From Vicugna vicugna (Eukaryota): a stretch of DNA of 64,000 nt. The translations under genes were made by a program, and so were the position numbers. This document shows, one piece after another, positions 1 through 12,665 of the stretch. Positions within the stretch are counted from its first letter, which is position 1. Every line of letters starts with the position of its first letter. The notes beneath the pieces are model-generated. The model had not been told where the DNA came from, made no database searches, and worked only from the letters and a program-made list of their open reading frames with translations. The stretch lies in NCBI GenBank assembly GCA_013265495.1, contig MU057880.1:898527-962526 (forward strand), read 5' to 3'.

Positions 1-2027
1 CCGTCCCTGTCGGCTTTGGGGGACAAATACTGAGCCAGTCACCATTGTCACTGAGACACCCTGTGTGAATTGGCAGTCATTTTCAGACACCTGCAATCAG
101 TTGTTTAAAGATGTATTATCTCAAATAGAGAAATGCTCTCATTTATGATGAAAAAGTGTCAGGTGTGGTGATAACACCATCTTCATAAAGCAGACATGTA
201 TCTCTTCGTAACACTATGCTGGGCACTAATTCTAGGGCAAGATCTACAAATTCAGCAAGATTCAGTGACAGATAACCAAAAAGATTTTCTACGTATACAC
301 AGAAATGGAAAGTGCAGAGTTAGAAATACGATGTCCGGGGTTCCAGACTCCTATTAATGATAAAATCTTACACACCCTGCCACACAACGCACACCCACGT
401 TAGAGTGTTAATGGCCTCATTTACTGCACTTAATACACTGTGTTATTTTGGCGCAGAGAGTGCAACAAGAAAAAAGCATGTAGCACGGTATGTGAGAAGG
501 CACATTGTCCTTTCCAGAAGTCCGTTATCAAGGCAGCTGGCCAGATTCCGGATGAACGAAAGGGGGACCCCACCCCGACCTCCCCTCCACGCACCCTTCA
601 CAAAAGCGCCCGTGTGGCCCTGAGCGGTGAGTCACGGACGGTCCATTTCCAGACGGGGTGGAGTTGAAGGAAATCGCTATTACATGCCCAGTTAGCTGGA
701 AACGTCCATCCTGTTTTTCCTCTTTCACATAATAATCATTTTTCACAAACCTGAGATAAAAAGAACACTTGGTAAGTAGGGACCCACTGTTACCGGCGAG
801 GGAAAGACTGACTTCCACAGCCCAGGACGTGATTGCCCACGAGGCCAGGGCCTGGGCAGTCGGGACAACACGCTGGTTCTTTCTCGCCCACACCAAGAAA
901 AACAGCGTCTGGGGGAATGAGCGCAGGGCCAGTTCCCAAATCCGATTCACCCACCAGGAGCTCACGCCGGCCTCAAAGCCTTTCCACCAGGGCAAGGACC
1001 ATTTTTACGACTTCCTCTAACAAGGAAACACAACAGCAGTGGCTTCCTTGAGCTGACCTCAGGAGCAAACCATGGAAACACAACCTAAAGCCACAGCAAA
1101 AGAACCCAGAGCTCTCTTTGGAGCTGCACTCTGGGCGTTAAAAGAGCACTGGCCCATCTCTCAAGACCATCTGCGGAGTCAAATGACCACGTGCAACACA
1201 ATCACATTTCAGAACTTAACATGACAGAGCCGTCTCAGCTTCAAAAACATCCGATCCAAGCCCCATAAGTTTCCCGTCTTCCCCCAACCTAGACGGTTGT
1301 GTCACTTTTTTCCAAGCATCTTTCAGACAAATCTTACTTAGATCTCTCTTGATCACCAGCAGGAGAGCTGGTCGCAGATCCAAAACTGCGCTCAGAGCCC
1401 TGGAGGAGACCACGCTGGGCTGAGCGAGGCGAGGCTCGGGGAAGTCGGGACCCTGCTCCACCAGCTAAAATCGCGCACGTGTGTTGCCTGCAGTGATCAA
1501 CTTCTCCAATTCAACTGGCTTCCTAAGGATCGCAGTGGACTTAGGTTTTATACATTAAAATTAACAGCATATTACTTGCAATAACAGGAACTACCAGTTA
1601 TTTTAACAAAGAGGAAAAAAGTCTATGAAGAGTTTTCAGTCAAATCAGGCTTCTCCACAAGTGTTATGTGACAATGTAAAAAACTTCAAAGGCTACTTAA
1701 CCTGTAAAGTAAGTTACATCACGAAGGCAACCCAGATTCGCTAGAGCAAAATCTGAAACACCAACAAGAGCGAAGACACAGAGTACGACAAATCTTTCAC
1801 CCACCCCTTGCCACCCACTGTGAACGTGCTGGGGTGCAGTGCCCTGACCTCTCTTCCACACGTCATCAGTCACACGCTCCTATTTGAAATATTATTCGTA
1901 AGTTTGTATATTGTTTTCACTTTCTCTAGAGAGCACCTTCCCATGTGCACATATAAATATATGTACACGTGTGTGGATATATGTGCAAGTGTGTGTATGT
2001 GTATAAACATACATAAATTAATGATTT

Positions 2028-2147
2028 GGGGGAAAGGGTGTAGCTCAGGGGTAGAGTGTGTACTTAGCATACATGAGGTCCTGGGTTCAATCCCCAGCAC
2101 CTCCATTAAATAAATAAAATTAAATTAAATAAATAAATAAAATAAAG
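2028..2147 (+). mobile_element. tRNA-Ala-derived SINE (Vic-1-like)
   Basis: GTGTAGCTCAGGGGTAGAG...GGTTCAATCCCCAGCACCTCCA with Pol III A and B boxes and an A-rich tail. Confidence 0.85.
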
Positions 2148-2379
2148 ACATGGCTGCACAGCTGTATCCCTTTCCAATAAGTAAGATTTTATTCTTGATA
2201 AGACAAACTTGCAAATAATTCTGAAAAACACACCATAGTCCTAAAACTTCCTGAACGCCCAGACACCTCCATCCAGGCTGGAGTTACTGCCTGTGGGCGG
2301 TCTTAATGCTCCTTTGAAGACTCAATGTCTTCATCACTGACACTATCAAGGTAAAAAAAACAAACAAACAAACAAGTAA

Positions 2380-2480
2380 GGGGGAAGAGTGTAGCTCAGG
2401 GGTAGAGTGTGTGCTTAGCATGCACAAGGTCCTGGGTTCAATCCCCAGTGCCTCCATTAAAAAATAATAAGTAAATAAAA
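2380..2480 (+). mobile_element. tRNA-Ala-derived SINE (Vic-1-like)
   Basis: Same consensus with the CTTAGCATG anticodon arm and an A-rich tail. Confidence 0.85.
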
Positions 2481-4814
2481 ACATGTCTCTTCAGTTCTGT
2501 CTCAAGTCTCCCAACTACAGAGGAAGAAAACAGCCTCTGAAAATGTAATGTTAGTGACACCTCAATATGGATGACACTGAATTCCATGACTTAAATGGCT
2601 CTTGGTAATACTTCAAATCACTTCCCACTGCATTTTATTCTTTTCAAAAAATCTTCAAAAATATTACCTCCTTACCGCAACCTCCTAGCACAGGATGGGC
2701 ACTGTCACTTTAGAAATGACAAAACTGAGGCCCAGAGGGGTGGAGGGACATGGTGGGTCCTGCGTCCACACGGTGCACGAGAAGGGCTGAAAATGGCCAG
2801 CTCCTCAATCCGTCCTCCAACCGCTCTTAACAGAACCCGGCCCGCAGGAGGGACTGGCCGCAGGGGCCGCAGACCCCCTCGGCGTGCGGCCCGGCTCGGG
2901 ACAAGGACATGGAATGTGACAGGTGTGCCGAGGGGCCCCGGGCAGCAGATGGGAGACCCCCGGGGAGACTGTTAGGGAGAAAGAAATCAAAGCCGTCATT
3001 TATGTGTCCCGGGCCTTATGTTATATAGTCACTAAGTCTGAGTGCAGTGGAACTGATCTGTGCTTCTTCCAGAATATTCTCTGCCTTACCCGGGAAAACC
3101 TCGTTAGAAATGCTGGGAGCCAGCGGCGGGGGCAGGAGGCACTTCTGTCAGAGGGAAGATAAACCCCAGTCCTGCCCTTGGTCACAGCCAGGATGAGAAG
3201 CGCACACTCTTCATGCTGGACTTAGGGTAAAGACGGACTCTTTACGGGTGTCTGAGTGACCTTCCTGTTACAGGTTCCAACGTGTTGTTGGTCGTCTTGG
3301 TGTGTGATCTGCAGACTCCCGTGGGCAGGACCCCGGATGGCCCACTTGGACTCACACGGGCCGCATGCAGAGGAGCACCGGACCCCCTGCCATCCTGATG
3401 GTAAGCGGATTAAATTATGCTTAGACTCTCCCTGGAACAGATGACTTAAATGTGCTCTAACAGAACGACGCGGATTAGCACTAACTAGGCCATGGGGCCT
3501 GAGCCCTTCAGCACCGGAGGAGGCGGGGTCGGGGGGTCCCTTCGTCCCAGCGCTTACCCAGCTCGCGACCCGACCGAGCAGCTGAGGTGCTTCTGTTTAC
3601 TCCTCATATCCCAGATGATACACACGCAAGCTTCTCTCCATCTGACTAGTCCAGAATAAAATGGACGATGACCTGTGATCTTTATCACCTCCCTCTCGTG
3701 TACACATCTGAGGTGGAAACTGGTCCAATAATTTACCAGAGACATTTAAAGAAAAAACTCCTTAAGATAAAGCACCAGATTTGAACACGCAAGAAGTCAC
3801 TGGGTACACTGTGGCTTTTAAATCGTCCTCTGTGAACATGCTGACCCGAGATTCAAGGTGACCAAGAACCCGATTCTACTTTGCATTCAAGCCACCAGAC
3901 AAATAATCTCATTTTGTTCTGATTTATCCTTTGTTGCTAATTTACCCTTTTTTTAAAATTGAATCAGTTACAATGTGTCATTTTCTGGTGCACAGCACAA
4001 TGTCCCAGTCATGCATATACCTACATATATTCATTTTCATATTCTTTTTGGTTAAAGATTTATCCTTAATTTAAAAAGGGTTATTCAAATATATATTTAA
4101 GTAGTGATGAATTAAAGGCGAAAACATTGTCAAAACCAGCTAATAGAGAATCCTCTCAAATTTCAAGACCATAGTGCAATTTTATAACTTCAGAGTCCAC
4201 ACTTCACAAATACCATAATCACGTTGTATTCCTAACTTCATCTCCCAAACATGTAAATTCAATCTCTTCGGATTCTTTTTCTGTTTTCTTAGGAACCTGT
4301 TTCCTCAAAGCTATGAAAAGGGCTTCTTGTCGAGACCCTAAAGGAAATACACTTAAGAAGGAATCTCAACTGTGACGATTCTCTTTTTAGGTAGAAGGCC
4401 GGAAAGGATGAAGATCTGAAAATGACCTGCGCTGTAAGCTACTTACACTGGGCAGAAAAGACCCTCCCTAATCAAGTTTGGTGAGAACCAGAGGGACCAG
4501 AGCACACAGGAAACTCGGGGGAGTGACAGGGACATGCACAGAGTGAATACACTAATGTACAGGGTGAGACTATAGAGACTTGGAGAAAAGGTTAAGAACT
4601 ACCCAAGTCCATCACTGCGAGAAAAGAGAGCTAAATGCTCTACAGCAACAAGATACACATAAAAAATTAGATCTTATTTTTACTTAGGTTTTTCCCCCCA
4701 AATACATGGTAATCTATGCTACAAAACTGTCCCCCCAAAGTCTACCTGAATCTTCCTTTCATTCTTAAATCTACATGTACAGCCTGTATTTAAATGCACT
4801 GAAAAATACAAATT

Positions 4815-5050
4815 CATGGATGGGGAGGGATAAACTTGGAGCTGGGGATTTGCAGATACAAACCACTACATACAAAATAGATAAACAACAAGGTCCTACT
4901 GTACAGCACAGGGAACTATATTCAACAGCTTTTAATAACGTATAGTGAAAAAGAATATGAAAAGGAATATATATTTATGAATCACTATGCTGTACACCTG
5001 AAACCAACACAACATTGTAAATCAACTATACTTCAATTTAAAAAAAAAGA
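4815..5050 (+). mobile_element. L1 3'-end fragment (artiodactyl type)
   Basis: gggataaacttgggag...ctactgtacagcacagggaactatattcaa...gctgtacacctgaaacc...aaatcaactatacttcaat plus poly(A). Related short pieces lie at about 3950-4060, 12190-12280, 20780-20900, 25605-25750, 31556-31770 and 34630-34700. Confidence 0.8.
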
Positions 5051-7360
5051 AAAGCATACAGATTCACGCAAGGCATAATAGAGTTTTAACCTCAGGGTTT
5101 CACCTGGACTTTTGGAAATCTATTCAACTACAAAGTAGGCTTCCCAGGGCAGCTCATCCCCCATTTGAGGTACCCTTTCCCCGAACAGCACATGACAGCT
5201 CCTATTTGGTTAAATCTTTATGAGACGGAACGCAAGGTCATTGCTCTGCAGGGCAAGAAAGGGGACTTTTCCAGGAGGCTTTCCCCAGGAAGGCTGCACA
5301 GCACCTAAGAGTGAAGCCAGGTGAGGCGAGCCGGGGAAAGGCTTGCTGGGTGCCCTTCCTCCATGCAGTGTGTCATGGGTGACTTGTCCTCATCTTCCTG
5401 AGTCTTTAACATCTGCAACATCACTTCTTTTTCCATGATGAGTCCTTAGCAGGGCCACTGCTGAAGGCCCCTGAGATCTCCAATTCTCTCAAAGGCATTT
5501 ACCTTAAAAACCTGTAGAAAATCCTAAGGAGGTCACCAAAAAGGAAACCAAAAGACATTCCCTGGCACAATTCTGTGCTCTTCATTAGACACCAATGGGA
5601 AGTCGAAACACTATACTGAAAATGCTCCCGCAAAGTTAAACCAATTTCCCTAATATGGCCAGACCCTAAATATAGCCGCAGCTTTTTGTTGTTGTTGTTC
5701 AAAATACACTCAGTTCAACTTGTGGATGGAGAAGACAGTGGTGGGCAAGTGAGCACAGAGCACAGGAAACAATGGCCCTGGAACTCCACCATCTCCGCCA
5801 GCCTTGGAACAGCTCTACATGTCCTTGACAGGGGCTGTCACAGCAAGGACACCTGAAACACACACCCTTTTCTCTCCAGGCTTTGTTCCCTTGATCGAGT
5901 CTGGGTCACTGGGAGGGAAGAGAAGAAATTACACACCCTGGGTCTGAAGTAATTCTACCATTCTGAGAAGGGACACAGGACTGAAAGCAGTGAGAGGAAT
6001 AGAATTCCCTACCCAAATTGTAAGCATTTGGGCAGCCTAAAGAAAACGTGCGAATTTAACGAAGGTGGTGTCACGCCCTGGCAATTCACCTTCCAAAGAA
6101 CACCATACACATGCACTCCACAAACACAAAATATGGGGAATGTTCACCTAACTGCAGTGAGGAGTTAAATGAATGGAATTTAAGAAAAGCAAAACCCACA
6201 ACATAAAATTTAATCCCAAATGTATCCAAAGCTTCACTTCAAACTTTTAAAAGGCTTATAATACTGGGTCTAGACGTCTGGGTCTAACAGTACACTGTTT
6301 TTGCAAGACATTTTGGCCAAAGAGCACCTAGCAGAATGTCAGAGTTGGAAGTAGATGCTCAATAAAATATTTGATGGGGAAAAAAACTGTTAATGGTAAA
6401 TAAACGAACTTCTCAAGATCAGTGTGCTGAAAGGCAGTCTAGGTCATTCTAAGGCCTCTTCTAAAAGTTAGCCCTTGAAAGCAGAAAGAGGTTACAAAGA
6501 CTGGGTTCTATGGTCAAACAGCTGGGGTGGAGAGCAGGTTCAGTCTCATACTGCTGCGGATTCTGGGCAAGCTGCTGGGGTCCTCCGTGACCCTGAGTCC
6601 CCTCAGCTGTCAGAGGGGGATTAGATCGCACCCACCCACCTCACAAGGCTGTCGGGGGAAATGAATGAGAAAAATCAACATAAAGCATGGGAAACGCTCC
6701 AGCAATGAGAGCCGTGCCCCTTTAAAGGTGTGCACTCAGGTCAGCCCTCCTGAACGCGGCATCAGCTTTGTGAGAGGGTCTCTGCAGATGTTGAACGCAT
6801 CCCGCCCCCTGTGCACCTCACGCGGCATCACCCTTCCAAACGACAGACTTTCATCATCCGTCTGAGAACTGGTCACCTACAGCAAGGAACAAGAAAGATG
6901 CCTTGCTGGCGACAGCTGCTCCTTCACAAGTTCAGGGCACTGTCACGTACACAATAGGCTGGGCTGCCCCCAGGGTGACAGCGCAGCCCGGCGGCTCTGC
7001 GGGAGGGGTCCCCAGACCCCTGCACCCTCGGGACCCCCGGTTCCGCAGCCAGGCCCGAGCACAGTGGGGATCCCCCTGAGCCCCAACAACTCCCCGAGCG
7101 GTGAGGAAGGAGCTGGAGGGAGGAGAGGAGGGGGCGAGGGGGGCGAGGGGGGCGAGGGACCCCCCTGGGCACGGAGGCTTCGGGGCCGCGCTGGAGGGTG
7201 CCCGCGACGCCCGGCCGGGCAGGAGCCTGGGGCTGCAGGGTCCGGGCGGCCCGCCCCCTCCCCTCCACCGCCTCCTCTCCCTTCCCCTCGTCCCCCTCAT
7301 TCCATCCCTCATCCCCCGCCTCCATCCTCCGTCCCCCCGCCGGCGCTCTGCGCCCCTCAC

Positions 7361-7467
7361 CTGAAGGCGGGTCCTTCCCGGGGCGCCCGGCCCGGGGCCG
7401 CCGCCGCTGCCGCCGCGCCGCCGCCGCCCTTCTTGTTGAAGAGCCTCTGGAGCAGGGTCGGGGCCAT
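7361..7467 (-). CDS. FNIP2: Folliculin-interacting protein 2, coding exon 1
   Basis: Minus-strand ATG at 7467 translates [35 protein letters not shown], matching the recognised FNIP2 N-terminus (MAPTLLQKLFNK...GPAFS). The exon ends at a canonical donor (CAG|GTGAG at 7361/7360). 107 nt, in a CpG island, syntenic with PPID and ETFDH. Confidence 0.93.
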
Positions 7468-7574
7468 GACGCGGCGGCTCGGGCTCCGCTCCGCTCCGGT
7501 CCGGTCCGCGCGGCGCTCGAGGGGCTCAGCGCGCGGCCGGGGGCTGCGGCGGCGGCGGCGGCGGCGGGGCCATC

Positions 7575-8383
7575 NNNNNNNNNNNNNNNNNNNNNNNNNN
7601 NNNNNNNNNNNNNNNNNNNNNNNNNNNNNNNNNNNNNNNNNNNNNNNNNNNNNNNNNNNNNNNNNNNNNNNNNNNNNNNNNNNNNNNNNNNNNNNNNNNN
7701 NNNNNNNNNNNNNNNNNNNNNNNNNNNNNNNNNNNNNNNNNNNNNNNNNNNNNNNNNNNNNNNNNNNNNNNNNNNNNNNNNNNNNNNNNNNNNNNNNNNN
7801 NNNNNNNNNNNNNNNNNNNNNNNNNNNNNNNNNNNNNNNNNNNNNNNNNNNNNNNNNNNNNNNNNNNNNNNNNNNNNNNNNNNNNNNNNNNNNNNNNNNN
7901 NNNNNNNNNNNNNNNNNNNNNNNNNNNNNNNNNNNNNNNNNNNNNNNNNNNNNNNNNNNNNNNNNNNNNNNNNNNNNNNNNNNNNNNNNNNNNNNNNNNN
8001 NNNNNNNNNNNNNNNNNNNNNNNNNNNNNNNNNNNNNNNNNNNNNNNNNNNNNNNNNNNNNNNNNNNNNNNNNNNNNNNNNNNNNNNNNNNNNNNNNNNN
8101 NNNNNNNNNNNNNNNNNNNNNNNNNNNNNNNNNNNNNNNNNNNNNNNNNNNNNNNNNNNNNNNNNNNNNNNNNNNNNNNNNNNNNNNNNNNNNNNNNNNN
8201 NNNNNNNNNNNNNNNNNNNNNNNNNNNNNNNNNNNNNNNNNNNNNNNNNNNNNNNNNNNNNNNNNNNNNNNNNNNNNNNNNNNNNNNNNNNNNNNNNNNN
8301 NNNNNNNNNNNNNNNNNNNNNNNNNNNNNNNNNNNNNNNNNNNNNNNNNNNNNNNNNNNNNNNNNNNNNNNNNNNNNNNNNNN
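7575..8383. other. Assembly gap (809 N)
   Basis: Run of N inside the GC-rich FNIP2 island. Confidence 1.
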
Positions 8384-9858
8384 GGCCCTGGTGGGCGGGG
8401 GCCGGGGGCGGAACCCTGTTGGTGAGGTGGGGCCCTGGGGCGGGGCTGGGACCCAGGCTGGTGGGAGCCAGAGGGTCGCGCGGCTGAAGAGGGGGCTGCC
8501 CAGGGGCGCGGCCCGGCTGACAGCGCGGGGTCCCCGAGACCGCATGGGTCCCAGGACACGGCCAGAGAGCGCAAGGCGGCTCTTTGTTCTCCGGAGACAA
8601 AAGCCCCTGCACTTGGTCCCCGCCTTGGGCAGGTGCGCGGTCTACCTCCTGTGGGGGCGTGCGCTGGGGGCGGGGGGAGGTGAATACAATTGGTTGCTGC
8701 CTCGCGGATCGGATGGGACTCCCATTGCACCCGAGGTGTTGGCCCTTCGGCGGTATCCAAGTTAGATTTCTGCATATGCGCTTTTGTTTAGTTTTTTTTT
8801 TTAATAATTTAAATGTTTGGTGAATACTTTGTTCGACATCTTGGGCCACCGTCCCACAGTTACGTAGAAAGTTGAACGTGCAATTACAAAACACGTGGAA
8901 TTTACTACATAGGTTTAGAAACTAAAGCTACCTTGCAACAAAGGGCTGCTTTCCTAATACGTGTTTAACAGTCAGAACACATCCTAATGTGGGGTCTACG
9001 GCAGACTCTTTGGTGCGGATAGGGAGGAGTTGCCGAATTTTGAGTTCACTTTCCTACCTCCCCCCACCCCGCCCACCCCGGCCTCCGTGAAACTTCGCCG
9101 CTTGGTGCAGAAATCTCCACCTGTGGTGTAGTGGAGCTTAGCACACTAAAAGCAGCTTCTTAACCTTAGTCTTATAACCTTGGCTCTCCAGTTTTTCTGA
9201 CGTTGGGAAGAGTCCCACCTTGGCTCTCCGCATCTCCTGCCTCAGCAGTGGGCAGTGGTTCACCTGGGTTCTCTGAGACTTGTTCAAAGGAGAAATCAAA
9301 AAGGCAAATGAATTTACATGAATAGAAATAATAAAAAATATTTCTTCTGGGCCCATTTTCATTTGCATCGTCAATTTTTATTGTGTAGGTTTTGGGCCTC
9401 GGTAGGATAGTAACTGCGAAGTGCTGAAATTCACAAAGGTAAGGGGAAAGTGGTAGAAACCGAAACTCCGTTTATGTTTTTCCTTCAGATTTTTCCTGTT
9501 AAAGTGGTGGGTTGTGTTCGTGCTGGTGCATCCTTTCGCACTATGAAGGGTACACAGGACCCTAATTTGCAACTTTGCTGTTTCTCTCTGTTTACTGGGA
9601 GCATGTACCTCAGTAGAACTGCCAGTACTGGTCAGTATCCTGTATCTCAGATATTGGTCTCATCTCTTGTGACTTTATTAAGACAAGTCACATTATGGCC
9701 AGAAACATACCACCCTCCCTTACCCCATCTGGTCAGAAATGTCTTTTATGAAGAAACTGAAAAGAAAATAAATATATGTATGTATGTGTATAACTGAGTC
9801 ACTTCACTGTACACCTGGAACTAACATTATAAAAACTACACTTCACATTAAAAAAAAA

Positions 9859-9995
9859 GGGAGGTAGTTAAAGTTCAGTGCTAGAGTGCATGCCTCATGC
9901 ACGAGGTCCTAGGTTCAATCCTCAGGACCTCCATCAAGAAAAAAAAAAGTAAATAAATGAATCTAATTACCTCCTCCCGAAAAAAGGAAAAAAAT
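9859..9995 (+). mobile_element. Vic-1-like SINE inserted at the tail of an L1 3' fragment
   Basis: tRNA head, A-rich tract and AATCTAATTACCTCC tail; an L1 3'-end remnant sits at about 9750-9858. Confidence 0.8.
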
Positions 9996-12565
9996 CTATA
10001 CAAGACTTCTGGAAAGCTGTAGAAGTCAATTGTTATATAAAAGTAGGTTTTAAAAAAACAACAAAAAAAGAAATGTCTTTTATTCTTCATACTAAAACCT
10101 GCATATTCTTGATGTGCCTAGTGCCTTTTGTAACTGCGTACTGGAGAGAAATTTGGCATGGTGTCCTCACCTCCAGGGGCTGTTCCTGTCCCAGCCAGTC
10201 CAGGTGTACAGAATCATCCAAAAGAGGAGATGAAAAAAATCAGGCAGCCAGCATCCTCCATTTTGGACCTGACTGGGCAGCTATAAAGGAAAAGTGTGGT
10301 TTTAATTTTAAAACTATTAATGACAACACTTCATTTAGGAGAGAAAAAAGGAACCGAAATGGTCCCCCATCTCCCTTTTCTCACTGTGCTTCCTCTCAGC
10401 ACCACGTTCTTCCTCATCCTGATTCTGGCCACACCTCTCTTGCTTTGGATTTTGAAGCATTACAAAAATCCTAACCAACCAAGTTCTGGGAGGCAGCTAA
10501 GCTCCAGACAGCTCTCGCACCGCAGTTTCATTCTCTCTCTTTTTGGCTGTTCAGGCCTCTTCAGACATCCCATCTCTCACCTGTGACCGGTTGGTCACTG
10601 CCTCATCCCTGAGGCTTGTCACAGTCCCAGTCTCCAGCACTAATTGGTCCATACATCTCATCCACTTCATTCCACTCACTGCATCTTGGAAAATATACTA
10701 GCTGCTGCTCCTATAGGCAGCCGTCCAGAGGAGGAGGGAGTCAAACAATATCCTGGACGTCTGGAGGTGCAGAACAGCACCAAGATGGCTAAGGAGGAAT
10801 TGAAAAACAGCTGGCTGACTTACCCGGTTCCATTCGAAGCGCTGGTCAGAGTTCCCTCCAATCAGTGTGTATCCTGTAAATTGCTTTAGGAGTTTTGCGT
10901 CCACAATTAGACTGTCGTGGGCGCTATTGCCCCGTAACCCCCTTCCTCCCAACAGAACCCCAGTTTTATTCAGGTATCCATCCCTCCCCCAGGCCAGCGT
11001 GCCTCAGGACAGACCGACACTATCTCAACCTCTGGAGAAGAAGAAGCCATTCTGGAAGATGGTTCCTCACTCTAGAAAGAGGTATAAGGAGAGATGCGGG
11101 GTTTTTCCCTTCCCTTTGGACGCTGTACGTTTACGTGTAATGCCATTGACTATCTTGCTATCAGCGTGAGCATGAAACCAGCTGTGCCCCTTCATAACAT
11201 AACTGAGCCACAATCCCTCCTCCCCGAGCTGACCTTCCCCCTTTGATGAGATTATATTTCTATCATCTGAAGCCAAAAGCAGTGTCCAAGAGAGGGTCCT
11301 GTTTTCTGTCCTCAATAGCTTATTATTTGAGACAGATACACCCTACCTGCTTAACCCACAGTACACAGAGAAAACAGTTGTCACCAATGGCCCTGCTCTA
11401 TTTTTTCACATTTTTACATCATTTTGCAAATCGTTTACAAGAGGCAAAAATAAAGGAATAGTGAAAAATAATTTTAAATGAATTTCAATAAGAATTCAAA
11501 CAAACTCAATTTTTATTCCTTATTTTCCTACATTTGAAGGAATATTACCCTAATGGACGATGTCCCTTGAACAACTCGATCAACATATATGAACCCAGAA
11601 CACAATCATCTCATAAATATTAACACCAGATTTCAAAAACATCTCTAATAGTTCTTAGTTTTCTATCTTATTAATAGGTTTCTATCTTATTTTTCAGCAA
11701 CACTTCTGAAAACTTAGATGGCTTGTAATTTTGTTGAAGGGAGGATAATTATCTTCTCAGCTGCAAAATATTTTCATTTTTAGATTTATAAACACCAGCT
11801 GGAATTAGCAATTCACACCTTAAACTTACCCAATGTTATATGTCAATTGTATCTCAGTAAATCTGGGGGACAGGTAGAATCAGCAATTCGATGGATTCTT
11901 TTCATCTCTACCTCATGCATTTCTTTCCAGTCTCCTTTGTGTATACATTGCTTTTAGCATTTGTTGACTGACAACTGCAGCAAGTATATTTGATGTAAAA
12001 CATCATAAAAGATAACGGAATACATCACACATCCTTTTAGCGTAGCCCAGGTTCTTGTTGTAATACATTGAATAATGAAATTGTTCCTGTTGAACGGCTA
12101 ACTGGATAAAAATCCCATGTTTCCTTTTCATCTTTAAATATATATTGTTAAATCGATGATTTTTTTTTGCTGTTTCAAACCTGATTTTTATTTATTTAAA
12201 AAATGTTTTTTAATTGAAGTATAGTCAGTTTACAATGTTGTGCTAATTTCTGGTGTACAGCATAGTAGTGATTCAGTTAAAAGTTCAGTTAAACTTTTCT
12301 TGAGTTTGAGAAAATTTATCTAGGGCAGCATCAGCTAAAGACTCATTGCCTGCAGTTTCACTTCTCTGATAAATTCCATCATTAAAGTCTGGAGTGCTTC
12401 TGTCTGTATTTTTGCATTTATCATCTGAGTTTTCTAATAATTTGAAGTGTTTTTCTCTATCAGTTTTCTTTTTTCTTTGCTATTATGAGGAGAAAATGAA
12501 ATTTCTGAATTCTGAATTCTCACCAGTGATTGATAGAAGCTTTAGTTTAAAAACTACAAAGAGTA

Positions 12566-12665
12566 GGGGAGGGTATAGGTCAGCGACAGAGCGTGTGCTT
12601 AGCATGCAGGAGGTCCTGTGTTCAATCCCCAGTGCCTCCATCAAAAAATAAATAAAAAATAAAAA
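12566..12665 (+). mobile_element. Vic-1-like SINE
   Basis: tRNA head plus A tail; imperfect TSD (aaaaactacaaag / aaaaagtacaagg). Confidence 0.8.

Larger units (their letters stand above)
6950..8760. promoter_or_regulatory. FNIP2: FNIP2 CpG-island promoter / first exon region
   Basis: Very GC- and CpG-rich on both sides of the gap. GC box (GGGGCGGGG near 8667) and CCAAT box (ATTGG near 8689). The TSS probably lies inside the gap. Confidence 0.8.

Noticed and set aside
2028..2105. tRNA-Ala(AGC)-like sequences as real tRNA genes
   Set aside because: More than a dozen diverged copies with A tails and TSDs and broken stems: these are SINEs.
1..7360. Further FNIP2 exons
   Set aside because: I found no match to the expected exon 2 peptide (W...EFDLNEIRLIVYQDC); it presumably lies beyond the window.
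6924..8894. Long ORFs (339-656 aa) in the ORF track
   Set aside because: They are artefacts of reading through the 809-nt N gap and GC-rich sequence. Only FNIP2 exon 1 and the short uORF are supported.
10480..11350. Possible processed pseudogene upstream of FNIP2
   Set aside because: No recognisable protein homology or poly(A)/TSD. The 3' part resembles an old MaLR LTR.
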